IMG/VR virus record: IMGVR_UViG_3300045988_160359
Span: 181,570 to 197,570 of that record
From: a virus
Direction: 5' to 3' (one strand)
DNA: 16,001 nucleotides
Below the pieces are notes generated by a model, which searched no databases, was not told the origin of the DNA, and was given only the letters and a program-made list of their open reading frames with translations. A program made the position numbers and the translations under genes. Shown here piece by piece: positions 6,551 to 12,906 of the stretch (the stretch's first letter is position 1; every line of letters begins with the position of its first letter).

Positions 6551-6718
6551 TTAATGCTCACGAGGGTGAGCTTCCATATATTCCTTAATGCGGTCGCCAT
6601 CATACCGGCTTGGACATTCCGCACATAAAAACGAACCATAGTTCTTACAAACGTGAATATCCTCATTGGTATTCGGGTCCTTGGGGATATTCAACGGGTC
6701 AAACGCACAATAAATCAT
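6551..6718 (-). CDS. Zn-ribbon-like mini-protein (55 aa, MIYCAFDPLNIPKDPNTNEDIHVCKNYGSFLCAECPS...)
   Basis: Not in the track. ATG at 6716-6718 with RBS GAAGAGGTAAAAGA. Cys at C4, C24, C32 and C35. Its stop lies at the base of the terminator. Confidence 0.5.
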   Translation of the reverse strand: MIYCAFDPLNIPKDPNTNEDIHVCKNYGSFLCAECPSRYDGDRIKEYMEAHPREH

Positions 6719-6733
6719 TCTTTTACCTCTTCA

Positions 6734-7045
6734 TCACCAATTCATTTCAATATATACTTTATTGCCCGTCCAGTTATCCATAGCCATACACTCCTTGCGG
6801 ATAGTACTGATAATCAGATTGAATAGACAATTATAATCGAACTCTTCCTTATCCAGATTCTCGTCCATAGAGAGAAAACCATCTTCTACAAAATCAATGC
6901 GAACGAGGTCTTCACTATATAGTTCGCATTGAGTTATGAGCATATCCCACATATCCAAGAAACAGACATCATAAGTTTTAATGGAATGCTTACACAGTTC
7001 GTAGGCATCACTGAATCGAATGACGTGCCACGTATAAATATTCAT
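6734..7045 (-). CDS. Hypothetical protein (~103 aa, MNIYTWHVIRF...)
   Basis: Track ORF 6734..7054 has a TTG extension. The ATG is preceded by AAAGGATTGATTGAT, whose SD lies in the upstream gene's last codons. Confidence 0.7.
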   Translation of the reverse strand: MNIYTWHVIRFSDAYELCKHSIKTYDVCFLDMWDMLITQCELYSEDLVRIDFVEDGFLSMDENLDKEEFDYNCLFNLIISTIRKECMAMDNWTGNKVYIEMNW

Positions 7046-7050
7046 ATCAA

Positions 7051-7341
7051 TCAATCCTTTCTATTGGGATTGCGGATAATAATTTCTTCTACCTCTTGGG
7101 TACGAATAGGATAAGTTTCAGGAATAGCATTGAAGGCATCAATGATACAATCAAGGTCAGTCTGTTGAGCTATTGTAGTGAAATAAGGGCACTCGCCGCC
7201 CTTTGCCATTGGACAAGTCTCAGAATGACTTAGACCCCAACTACAAAACCAAATTGTGCGATCGTTCCAAGGCATATCAGTGGGATTAGAATAAGGACAA
7301 TCTTCTACCTGAGTAGGCATTTTATCAACAAGGATTTTCAT
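7051..7341 (-). CDS. Cys-rich small protein (~96 aa) with repeated CPY motifs (DCPYSNP ... ECPYFTT)
   Basis: Track ORF 7051..7386 is 5'-extended. The ATG for MKILVDKMPTQ follows a perfect GAGGAGA RBS that lies in the last codons of the upstream gene. Confidence 0.7.
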   Translation of the reverse strand: MKILVDKMPTQVEDCPYSNPTDMPWNDRTIWFCSWGLSHSETCPMAKGGECPYFTTIAQQTDLDCIIDAFNAIPETYPIRTQEVEEIIIRNPNRKD

Positions 7342-7726
7342 AAGTAACTGTCTCCTCATAAGTTGGAATAATTGGGCACTTTTCATTTTTCTCTGCTACT
7401 GGACAATGATTAAGAGTCTCACGACACATGGTCATTTCATCGCCAGTCCAACTATTATAATTCAAATAACTCATATCACAATTTGTAGGATTAGGAACGA
7501 AAGAAGTATCCGTATCATAATTGTCAAGATGAATTTCATTCTTCTCATTTTTACACCGCAGACGCCGACCACAATACGGACAATAGTTTATCTGACGCTG
7601 AATATGAATGAAATCATCATCATAATCGCTCCACTCACCGGTCTCAATATCGAAATACCAAGCATCATCAGTGGGATTGTAATAAACTTCGTGGTCATAC
7701 ATCTTCGGATTACAGCAATCACACAT
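7325..7726 (-). CDS. Cys-rich Zn-finger-like protein (~133 aa, MCDCCNPKMYDHE...CPYCGRRLRC...)
   Basis: Track ORF 7325..7741 is extended by TTG. Real ATG at 7724-7726 (GGGGGGAAATGTA ATG) in TAATG overlap with the upstream stop. Has CDCC and CPYCx4C motifs plus further Cys and His. Confidence 0.7.
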   Translation of the reverse strand: MCDCCNPKMYDHEVYYNPTDDAWYFDIETGEWSDYDDDFIHIQRQINYCPYCGRRLRCKNEKNEIHLDNYDTDTSFVPNPTNCDMSYLNYNSWTGDEMTMCRETLNHCPVAEKNEKCPIIPTYEETVTYENPC

Positions 7727-7995
7727 TACATTTCCCCCCAAGGTCTTTCTTCGATTTCACACTCAAACTTTGTCAGACGATACCGCTTATTACTGATATT
7801 TTTAGGAGCGAGACAATCCATCATAAACGCCGCATTGAATTCCATCGGGCCGGTAAACTCCGTAGATTCTCCATTGGCGCGTGCCTTACGAATCAGATTA
7901 CCAACATATGCTTTGGCTTGTGCATCGTTTTCAGCAATGATTACCTGCTTAGTAAACTCCATACCCTGATGGGCGTAATAAATATACATTTTCAT
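7726..7995 (-). CDS. Hypothetical protein (89 aa)
   Basis: ATG at 7993-7995 with a GGAGGTAAGATGAT RBS embedded in the upstream gene's last codons. Confidence 0.75.
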   Translation of the reverse strand: MKMYIYYAHQGMEFTKQVIIAENDAQAKAYVGNLIRKARANGESTEFTGPMEFNAAFMMDCLAPKNISNKRYRLTKFECEIEERPWGEM

Positions 7996-7996
7996 A

Positions 7997-8731
7997 TCAT
8001 CTTACCTCCGCAACACGAGTTAATATAGTCTGATGAATGTTGTGATAGAGATTATAATTCTTCACAGTCCCGCGAATACGATGCTTAGTACCCTCGGGCC
8101 AGTCCTTCGCAGTAGTAGTCCAGAGATAAATGTTTCCGGACTCGTCCTCAAAAGTCATCATATTGGAATGACCATAATTGGTTTCCAGTTTGTAATTACG
8201 AATGACCACAATACTGCGGTCAATGCGCTCACCAACAGCGCCCTGATACTGACTGGGATGCTCTGGCCACAATAAAGCATCAATATTCTCGTGGATTTCG
8301 GCATCAGTCTTCAACTTCTCGTCATCATTACCAACCAGCGCCCACTCCAACTTCATAGGATTACAGTCAGTAGGCAAGTCCTCAGGAAGGTCGATATCAG
8401 AAGGGAAATACCAGCCCCACAGCCGGCAATACCGGGCAGGAGAATACTTAAAATACTCATTGTTTTCATCCATTCCACCATTCTTAAAAATGGTGATATA
8501 ATCATTTACAAAACCCAGAACAATCTTCTGGGTCTTAAAGGGAATGCTCTGCGGTTCAGCGATGCCATACATCTTGTTATATTCGTCCTCGCTATACCAC
8601 CGCACTTGTCTAGTGCTACCGTTCTTGGGGTTCTGGACCTTCACATACTGACGTCCATTAACAGTATATACCTCGCTCACAATGGCGTAGGACTGGAAAG
8701 ACTTCGCTACCATTTGTATCATTCCCTTCAT
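7997..8731 (-). CDS. Hypothetical protein (238-244 aa), first gene of operon E
   Basis: Three in-frame ATGs lie at the 5' end (8731, 8722, 8713). By analogy with the cassette B leader, the third (MVAKSFQSYAIV..., 8713) is homologous to the gene start used in copy B. No family recognised. The N- and C-terminal thirds have a beta-rich, OB-like character (impression only). Confidence 0.8.
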   Translation of the reverse strand: MKGMIQMVAKSFQSYAIVSEVYTVNGRQYVKVQNPKNGSTRQVRWYSEDEYNKMYGIAEPQSIPFKTQKIVLGFVNDYITIFKNGGMDENNEYFKYSPARYCRLWGWYFPSDIDLPEDLPTDCNPMKLEWALVGNDDEKLKTDAEIHENIDALLWPEHPSQYQGAVGERIDRSIVVIRNYKLETNYGHSNMMTFEDESGNIYLWTTTAKDWPEGTKHRIRGTVKNYNLYHNIHQTILTRVAEVR

Positions 8732-8746
8732 TCATCTTATATATAT

Positions 8747-8775
8747 ATTATATAATATTTTTTAATAAAAATCAA
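8747..8775 (-). promoter_or_regulatory. Promoter cassette copy E
   Basis: Minus: TTGATT tttattaaaaaatatta TATAAT ATATATATAAGATGAATGAAGGGAATGATACAAATGG. Plus AATCAA at 8770-8775 and ATTATA at 8747-8752. Confidence 0.8.
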
Positions 8776-8778
8776 AAA

Positions 8779-8807
8779 AAGGGATGAGGTGCTAGACCTC
8801 ATCCCTT
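8779..8807 (-). terminator. Rho-independent terminator ending operon F
   Basis: 12-bp stem (8779-8790 / 8796-8807, aagggatgaggt / acctcatccctt) with loop gctag. Followed on the minus strand by a 7-nt U-run. The lipoprotein gene's stop codon (8799-8801) lies inside the stem. Confidence 0.8.
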
Positions 8808-9485
8808 CAAAATACTTGTATCAATAATTGAAAAATTAGCCCTATGAACGTACAAATCCATATCATCAATTGTGATATGCGTGGTCTTGGGCAAATTCTT
8901 ACAAAGTTCCCAACTAACATCAGACCCGCTATACATTCGGATAGGCTCGCCTGTCTGAGACTGAATCACGACAACACGAGGCTTCACCGTACGCCCGTGA
9001 GACTGTTCGTTAATACACCACCACTGAACAGTCCAATAGTCAGTCCAATTCATACTATACCAAGGTTCATTAACATCAATATAAGCATCATTGGTGCGGA
9101 CGTGAGTATTAATAACCTCAGGAATATTCATATCCAAGATTTCAAGGCGGTTATCGGCAAAAATAATAGTTGAACCGCACGAATCAATCTGCTTGCCGTC
9201 GATATATACAGACATTACAGAGGACATTGTCCAATTATATTCCCAATATCCTTCGGTGCTATAAGTATATTCCTTCACCTTGTTCGGCTCAATATTGAAA
9301 GTAGAGCCGGTTGCGCTCAGCCACAGGTCGCCGGCGTTATCGTAAAAATCAGCATTGAAAGTGATTTTTACTGCTTCATCTTCTGGCTTATCAGTACCGA
9401 GAGTCTCGCCCTTCGGCCCGCCTACACAGCCGGCGCACATCAGAATAATCAAAACCGCCATCAACGCACACAGAAACTTACGCAT
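8799..9485 (-). CDS. Putative lipoprotein (~228 aa) with signal peptide and lipobox (MRKFLCALMAVLIILMCAG|C)
   Basis: Track ORF 8799..9569 is 5'-extended. The ATG at 9483-9485 has a GGGAGGAG RBS and overlaps the upstream stop (TAATG). Basic N-terminus, hydrophobic core and an A-G-C lipobox. The mature part is Trp/Tyr/Asn-rich. Last gene of the operon. Confidence 0.75.
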   Translation of the reverse strand: MRKFLCALMAVLIILMCAGCVGGPKGETLGTDKPEDEAVKITFNADFYDNAGDLWLSATGSTFNIEPNKVKEYTYSTEGYWEYNWTMSSVMSVYIDGKQIDSCGSTIIFADNRLEILDMNIPEVINTHVRTNDAYIDVNEPWYSMNWTDYWTVQWWCINEQSHGRTVKPRVVVIQSQTGEPIRMYSGSDVSWELCKNLPKTTHITIDDMDLYVHRANFSIIDTSILKG

Positions 9486-9735
9486 TAGTCTCCTCCCACC
9501 ATTTGGTAAACGGCATCCAGTGAAGAACAATATCGCCCTCGCAAATATTGCCCCAGACTTCTCCATCATAATCCCAATAACTTACTGAATAACTCTCTTC
9601 GGTCATATCGGGGCGGCCCCGATAAACAGGAGCGGTATGAACGACATAGGCCTTAGCCTTATCTTTAAGAGACGGATAATCACTGGGCACGCTTTCAAGA
9701 GCATTTACCCAACCACTTTTAATTTCAACGCTCAT
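9478..9735 (-). CDS. DUF551-like small protein (85 aa; ...GDIVLHWMPFTKWWEETNA)
   Basis: ATG at 9733-9735 lies inside the last codons of the upstream gene. The C-terminal HWMP motif with a Trp-rich tail and the N-terminal W...L.S.P segment resemble Pfam DUF551, from memory. Confidence 0.45.
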   Translation of the reverse strand: MSVEIKSGWVNALESVPSDYPSLKDKAKAYVVHTAPVYRGRPDMTEESYSVSYWDYDGEVWGNICEGDIVLHWMPFTKWWEETNA

Positions 9736-10018
9736 AAATAATCAAATTTCCTTCCTTATCATATAAGGGCGAGAGTGCTCCATTTGTATAAATATATACG
9801 ACGCCAGTATTTCGGTCAGCGACCGCATATGCATCTCCACCTAGCACCTCGCCCTTATCAACTGGGATAAATAGTTCTCTATCTTCTGGAAATACGATAC
9901 CATTATCTACGGTATTAGGTTTAAATAACGAGAAAATGTTAATAAACATAACCGCCACTAACAGAATCGCCGCAGTCAGGCACGCTGTTCCAAGATATTT
10001 CTTAATCGAATCCAACAT
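9725..10018 (-). CDS. Membrane-anchored small protein, paralog 2 of 2 (~97 aa)
   Basis: N-terminal TM helix (CLTAAILLVAVMFINIF), then FPEDRELFIPVDKGEVLGGDAYAVADRNTGVVYIYTNGALSPLYDKEGNLIIY. This aligns clearly with 10002..10364. The ATG (second codon of the track ORF) lies within the 3' end of the upstream paralog. Confidence 0.8.
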   Translation of the reverse strand: MLDSIKKYLGTACLTAAILLVAVMFINIFSLFKPNTVDNGIVFPEDRELFIPVDKGEVLGGDAYAVADRNTGVVYIYTNGALSPLYDKEGNLIIYER

Positions 10019-10364
10019 CAACTATTTCCTCGCTGGGGTCATATATCATCAATGACCCATCCTCATTATATAGCGGACAAAAACTGCCATATCCACCGAC
10101 GAAAATATACATAACGCCAGTAATAGAATCGGCATACACCGTGGCGGCATGTCCGCATACCTCACCACTATCTATTTTTAGAAATCGCTCACTGTCAATA
10201 GGGAAAAAACTCCCGTCTTGTAGTTCTTCCATTTTGTTCGCTGGACCGTTTACATAACTTTGTTCCATCTTATGGACTGTCTTAACTACTACCCAAATCA
10301 TCATACCCAAGAGTAATATCAGACAGACCCAAATCATAAAACGGTCTAAATCTATCTTCTTCAT
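10002..10364 (-). CDS. Membrane-anchored small protein, paralog 1 of 2 (120 aa)
   Basis: ATG with a GGAGGT RBS. TM helix (FMIWVCLILLLGMMIWVVV), then FPIDSERFLKIDSGEVCGHAATVYADSITGVMYIFVGGYGSFCPLYNEDGSLMIYD. Confidence 0.8.
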   Translation of the reverse strand: MKKIDLDRFMIWVCLILLLGMMIWVVVKTVHKMEQSYVNGPANKMEELQDGSFFPIDSERFLKIDSGEVCGHAATVYADSITGVMYIFVGGYGSFCPLYNEDGSLMIYDPSEEIVDVGFD

Positions 10365-10376
10365 TTGACTACCTCC

Positions 10377-10661
10377 TTAATCGAGATTGCCAAAAATTTG
10401 ATTCATTGCTTTGCGGTATTCAGTTTCGGTGATTTCATCATAGTCGGCTTCGGACTCGTGAAAGTAATAGTCTTCGGTCATACCACGCTTAACGATTTCA
10501 TCGCTATCAAAATACTTAGTCGCAATCTCGTCCAAGTTATCTTCAATAAAGTCGTGAAGTGTATAATAGATTTCGTCCTCAGTATTACCTCTGAAATAGA
10601 CATAGAACTCGTCCTTGTCTCTGAGCGCGGTAGTGATGGTAATATGGAAATATTTAGTCAT
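10377..10661 (-). CDS. Acidic hypothetical protein (94 aa)
   Basis: ATG at 10659-10661 is in ATGA overlap with the stop of the upstream 57-aa ORF. GGGGTGA RBS. Very D/E/Y-rich. Confidence 0.75.
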   Translation of the reverse strand: MTKYFHITITTALRDKDEFYVYFRGNTEDEIYYTLHDFIEDNLDEIATKYFDSDEIVKRGMTEDYYFHESEADYDEITETEYRKAMNQIFGNLD

Positions 10662-10831
10662 TCCGCATCACCCCGATTGATGTAGGTATCAATGATATTC
10701 AGACAATGAGCGATATAACATCCTTCGTCGTTATCCAGTTCGCCATGTTTGACCAAAGCATCAATCTCAGTCCGAATGTTCATCAGACAGGCATTGGCTT
10801 CGACCTTATTAACAGTAGTAGGAATATTCAT
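10658..10831 (-). CDS. Small protein (57 aa, MNIPTTVNKVEANACLMNIRTEIDALVKHGELDNDEGCYIAHCLNIIDTYINRGDAE)
   Basis: Not in the track. Perfect GGAGGGTAAGTA RBS. The ATG is in TAATG overlap with the upstream stop. I read the frame codon by codon. Confidence 0.55.
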   Translation of the reverse strand: MNIPTTVNKVEANACLMNIRTEIDALVKHGELDNDEGCYIAHCLNIIDTYINRGDAE

Positions 10832-11037
10832 TACTTACCCTCCATCATCTTGTCAATGTAATTGCGGAACTCATAAATGCGCTGAATGTCATACTCGGCT
10901 TCCTCAATTTCCTTTTCGTGCATCGCTACACTAATCGCATCAAACAAACCATCCAGACGCTCCAACGCCATATCCAGATTCATCAGTTTGTCGATATAAG
11001 TGCGCGTATCAAAATTATCAGATAATTTCATCTTCAT
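10831..11037 (-). CDS. Small protein (~68 aa, MKMKLSDNFDTRTYIDKLMNLDMALERLDGLF...)
   Basis: Track ORF 10831..11181 is a chimera. Its 5' half overlaps, in another frame, the real 58-aa ORF 11018..11194. The best start is the second ATG of ATGAAGATGAAGATG, 8 nt after GAGGG. Confidence 0.5.
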   Translation of the reverse strand: MKMKLSDNFDTRTYIDKLMNLDMALERLDGLFDAISVAMHEKEIEEAEYDIQRIYEFRNYIDKMMEGK

Positions 11038-11194
11038 CTTCATCACCCTCGACAATCTCCTTGTCATACCACCAAGCCAAATCATCATACGGGCCACAGG
11101 TATTCTCGCGGAGATACTTATAGATTTTCGATTCCGACCAATCACAGGGGACATTGATGAAATTGCGAACAGTGCGCTCATACCAAACTTTCAT
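11018..11194 (-). CDS. Mini-protein paralog (58 aa, MKVWYERTVRNFINVPCDWSESKIYKYLRENTCGPYDDLAWWYDKEIVEGDEDEDEII)
   Basis: Not in the track. GAGGATGTGG RBS. The ATG is in TAATG overlap with the stop of 11194..11391. Paralogous to 11592..11735 (VPxDW..K...K.LREN....Y.D..W). Confidence 0.55.
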   Translation of the reverse strand: MKVWYERTVRNFINVPCDWSESKIYKYLRENTCGPYDDLAWWYDKEIVEGDEDEDEII

Positions 11195-11391
11195 TATTCC
11201 ACATCCTCATACAGATTAGTTTCACAGATAGGGCAATCCGCCCAGCCGTGGGTCTCTTCCTCAGTCCAGTCATCGAAATAGATAGGCTCCCAACACTCAG
11301 GACAGATGAACCAGGCTTCATCACGATTATAAAGAGAACCATAAGTCTCCTTACAATATTTAGCAAGACGGTTAAATTCTCGACGAGCCAT
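11194..11391 (-). CDS. Zn-ribbon mini-protein (65 aa; CPEC...CPIC)
   Basis: Perfect AAGGAGG RBS and an ATG start. Two CxxC pairs about 19 residues apart: FICPECWEP...WADCPICETN. Confidence 0.8.
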   Translation of the reverse strand: MARREFNRLAKYCKETYGSLYNRDEAWFICPECWEPIYFDDWTEEETHGWADCPICETNLYEDVE

Positions 11392-11401
11392 AAGTTCCTC
11401 C

Positions 11402-11590
11402 TTAAATCATTTTAACAGTAGATGCCTGAAACACCACTTCGCCAGTACTCATATCCACAATGAGAAAATCAACGAAAGGAAGAGTACCATAGGCAAATTT
11501 CTTAGTATAAATATCGAATGCTTCCTTGTAGGTATCAAAATCGGTCTCAACAACATCATCGTCATCCCAAATTTCAACAATCTTAAACAT
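11402..11590 (-). CDS. Small acidic protein (~62 aa, MFKIVEIWDDDDVVETDFDTYKEAFDIY...)
   Basis: Track ORF 11402..11695 is 5'-extended in another frame over the 47-aa ORF. The real ATG follows a GAGGGATTGAT RBS, 1 nt after the upstream stop. Confidence 0.55.
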   Translation of the reverse strand: MFKIVEIWDDDDVVETDFDTYKEAFDIYTKKFAYGTLPFVDFLIVDMSTGEVVFQASTVKMI

Positions 11591-11591
11591 A

Positions 11592-11735
11592 TCAATCCCT
11601 CGCATATGACCATTCCATATCATTGTAATCAGCAGGAGCATTCTCTCGGAGCAATTTCTCAACCTCTTTGTCAGTCCAATCATCAGGGACTTCAACTACA
11701 TCAAGGACGGAATAATTCACAAAAACAGTTCTCAT
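11592..11735 (-). CDS. Mini-protein paralog (47 aa, MRTVFVNYSVLDVVEVPDDWTDKEVEKLLRENAPADYNDMEWSYARD)
   Basis: Not in the track. First ORF after cassette F, with leader RBS AAAGGTGATTTCTCA ATG. It aligns with 11018..11194. Confidence 0.55.
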   Translation of the reverse strand: MRTVFVNYSVLDVVEVPDDWTDKEVEKLLRENAPADYNDMEWSYARD

Positions 11736-11764
11736 TGAGAAATCACCTTTCCTTTACCTTATAT

Positions 11765-11793
11765 ATATATTATATTATAAATTTTTAAAAAAA
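11765..11793 (-). promoter_or_regulatory. Promoter cassette copy F
   Basis: Minus: TTGATT tttttaaaaatttataa TATAAT ATATATATAAGGTAAAGGAAAGGTG. Plus AATCAA at 11788-11793 and ATTATA at 11765-11770. Only a weak 6-bp hairpin lies upstream (gagaga...tctctc), so there is no strong terminator here. Confidence 0.75.
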
Positions 11794-11797
11794 TCAA

Positions 11798-12094
11798 TTA
11801 GAGAGAATATTTCTTGATAAAATCTCTCAAACCGTAGTCATAAAGGTCGGCATCAAGCTGGTCATCGTTGATATCGTCGAACGCATTAGGGATTTCGTAG
11901 ATTGCGTAATCATACTCGCGTTCACCCTCCTCGTAGAGGTCGGTCAATGTAGTATAACTATCAATCAGTTCATCACACAAACATCGACCGATTTCATCGG
12001 CCTCACTAAAAGTATTAATGTGGTAGATGCCGCAATTGAAATATCCGTGGAGCCCGCCATAATAGGGCTCAGTTGCGTAAATTGCTACTCTCAC
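11798..12094 (-). CDS. Acidic protein (~98 aa), a possible ArdA-like DNA-mimic or anti-restriction candidate (low confidence)
   Basis: The best start is GTG at 12092-12094. GAGAGGAG lies 7 nt upstream and the GTG is in 4-nt GTGA overlap with the HNH gene's stop. The track's upstream ATG (12121) has no SD. The N-terminal VAIYATEPYYGGLHGYF loosely resembles the ArdA N-terminal IYVANLxxYNxGxLxGxW motif. The C-terminal half is strongly D/E/Y-rich. Confidence 0.6.
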   Translation of the reverse strand: MRVAIYATEPYYGGLHGYFNCGIYHINTFSEADEIGRCLCDELIDSYTTLTDLYEEGEREYDYAIYEIPNAFDDINDDQLDADLYDYGLRDFIKKYSL

Positions 12095-12804
12095 GCTTTT
12101 ACTCCTCTCAAATAATTCCATTTACGAGAATACATAGAACCATTCATACGAATGGTATTGCACAGCTTAAAGAAAAACTTCTCTTCGGTGGTGCTAACCT
12201 TAGAATTGTGCTGACAAAGCCAATCCATAGCCTCCATTGCCGTGCCTCTAAAACCATCATTGTTGATAAAAACAGTATCAAGAGTGATACCCTCTTGAAC
12301 AATGAAGGCGCGACAAGTAGTATCAGTAGTAGTAGCCAGCCATTTACCCAGAATATCGCCGCAGTTTTCCAGAATTTTCCCAGTATCCCGGTCGGTGGGT
12401 TCGGCGGTCTCAATAGGTTTAATAGGCTCAGTACCTGCATTGATTACAACAGGGACAGGGCTCGCCACAATATCATTGTTAGCGCGCATAAGATTCTCGG
12501 CCTGGCTAACCCATTCCAGATTATCAACGCGGTTATTGCGCTTATTGTGATCGAGATGGTCAACAGTGAATGCCTCGCGGTCTTCGATGGGACACCACGT
12601 ATACATTACCAAACGATGTGCCATACGGTTGCCGTGTTTGGTCTTTACAGACACATAGCCGTTCTGAGAATAAATTTTCTTAGGAATAGGACGCTTATGA
12701 ATGTCCTTAAAGTTGCCGAAGTTGGAAACCCAAACTCCATACTCCTTATTAAACTTCCACTTTTCAAACTCAATATGCAAGGTGGGAAAAATCATCATAA
12801 ACAT
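12091..12804 (-). CDS. HNH homing endonuclease (NUMOD4 N-terminal motif plus HNH_3-type core)
   Basis: EFEKWKFNKEYGVWVSNFGNFKD matches the N-terminal signature of phage HNH homing endonucleases. HRLVMYTWCPIEDREAFTVDHLDHNKRNNRVDNLEWVSQAENL is the HNH_3 catalytic motif (DH..-N-N.....NL.W......N). ATG is M2 of the track ORF, with an AAAGGAATTG RBS. It is driven by its own cassette copy G. Confidence 0.85.
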   Translation of the reverse strand: MFMMIFPTLHIEFEKWKFNKEYGVWVSNFGNFKDIHKRPIPKKIYSQNGYVSVKTKHGNRMAHRLVMYTWCPIEDREAFTVDHLDHNKRNNRVDNLEWVSQAENLMRANNDIVASPVPVVINAGTEPIKPIETAEPTDRDTGKILENCGDILGKWLATTTDTTCRAFIVQEGITLDTVFINNDGFRGTAMEAMDWLCQHNSKVSTTEEKFFFKLCNTIRMNGSMYSRKWNYLRGVKA

Positions 12805-12834
12805 CAATTCCTTTCTCTTTTACCTTATATATAT

Positions 12835-12863
12835 ATTATATAATAATTTTTAAAAAAAATCAA
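12835..12863 (-). promoter_or_regulatory. Promoter cassette copy G (drives the HNH endonuclease)
   Basis: Minus: TTGATT ttttttaaaaattatta TATAAT ATATATATAAGGTAAAAGAGAAAGGAATTG ATG. The -35 (plus 12858-12863) lies inside the left arm of the terminator stem at 12860-12898. Confidence 0.8.
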
Positions 12864-12898
12864 TAGAGGATTTTACGTTTGGTAAAATCCTCTATTGA
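12860..12898 (-). terminator. Rho-independent terminator ending operon H
   Basis: 17-bp stem (12860-12876 / 12882-12898; ...atagaggattttac gtttg gtaaaatcctctat...). Followed on the minus strand by a U-run (plus 12852-12857 A-run). It begins 9 nt after the stop of 12907..13191. Confidence 0.8.
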
Positions 12899-12906
12899 CT
12901 AAACTA

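Noticed and set aside
7997-8731. Calling the 244-aa operon E protein a single-stranded-DNA-binding protein
   Set aside because: The suggestion rests only on an impression of beta-rich, OB-like N- and C-terminal segments. I could find no diagnostic motif, so it is left as hypothetical.
10831-11695. Track ORFs 10831..11181 and 11402..11695 as single genes
   Set aside because: Their 5' parts are alternative-start extensions that run, in a different frame, across independently supported small ORFs (11018..11194 and 11592..11735). The RBS positions support shorter products starting at 11037 and 11590.
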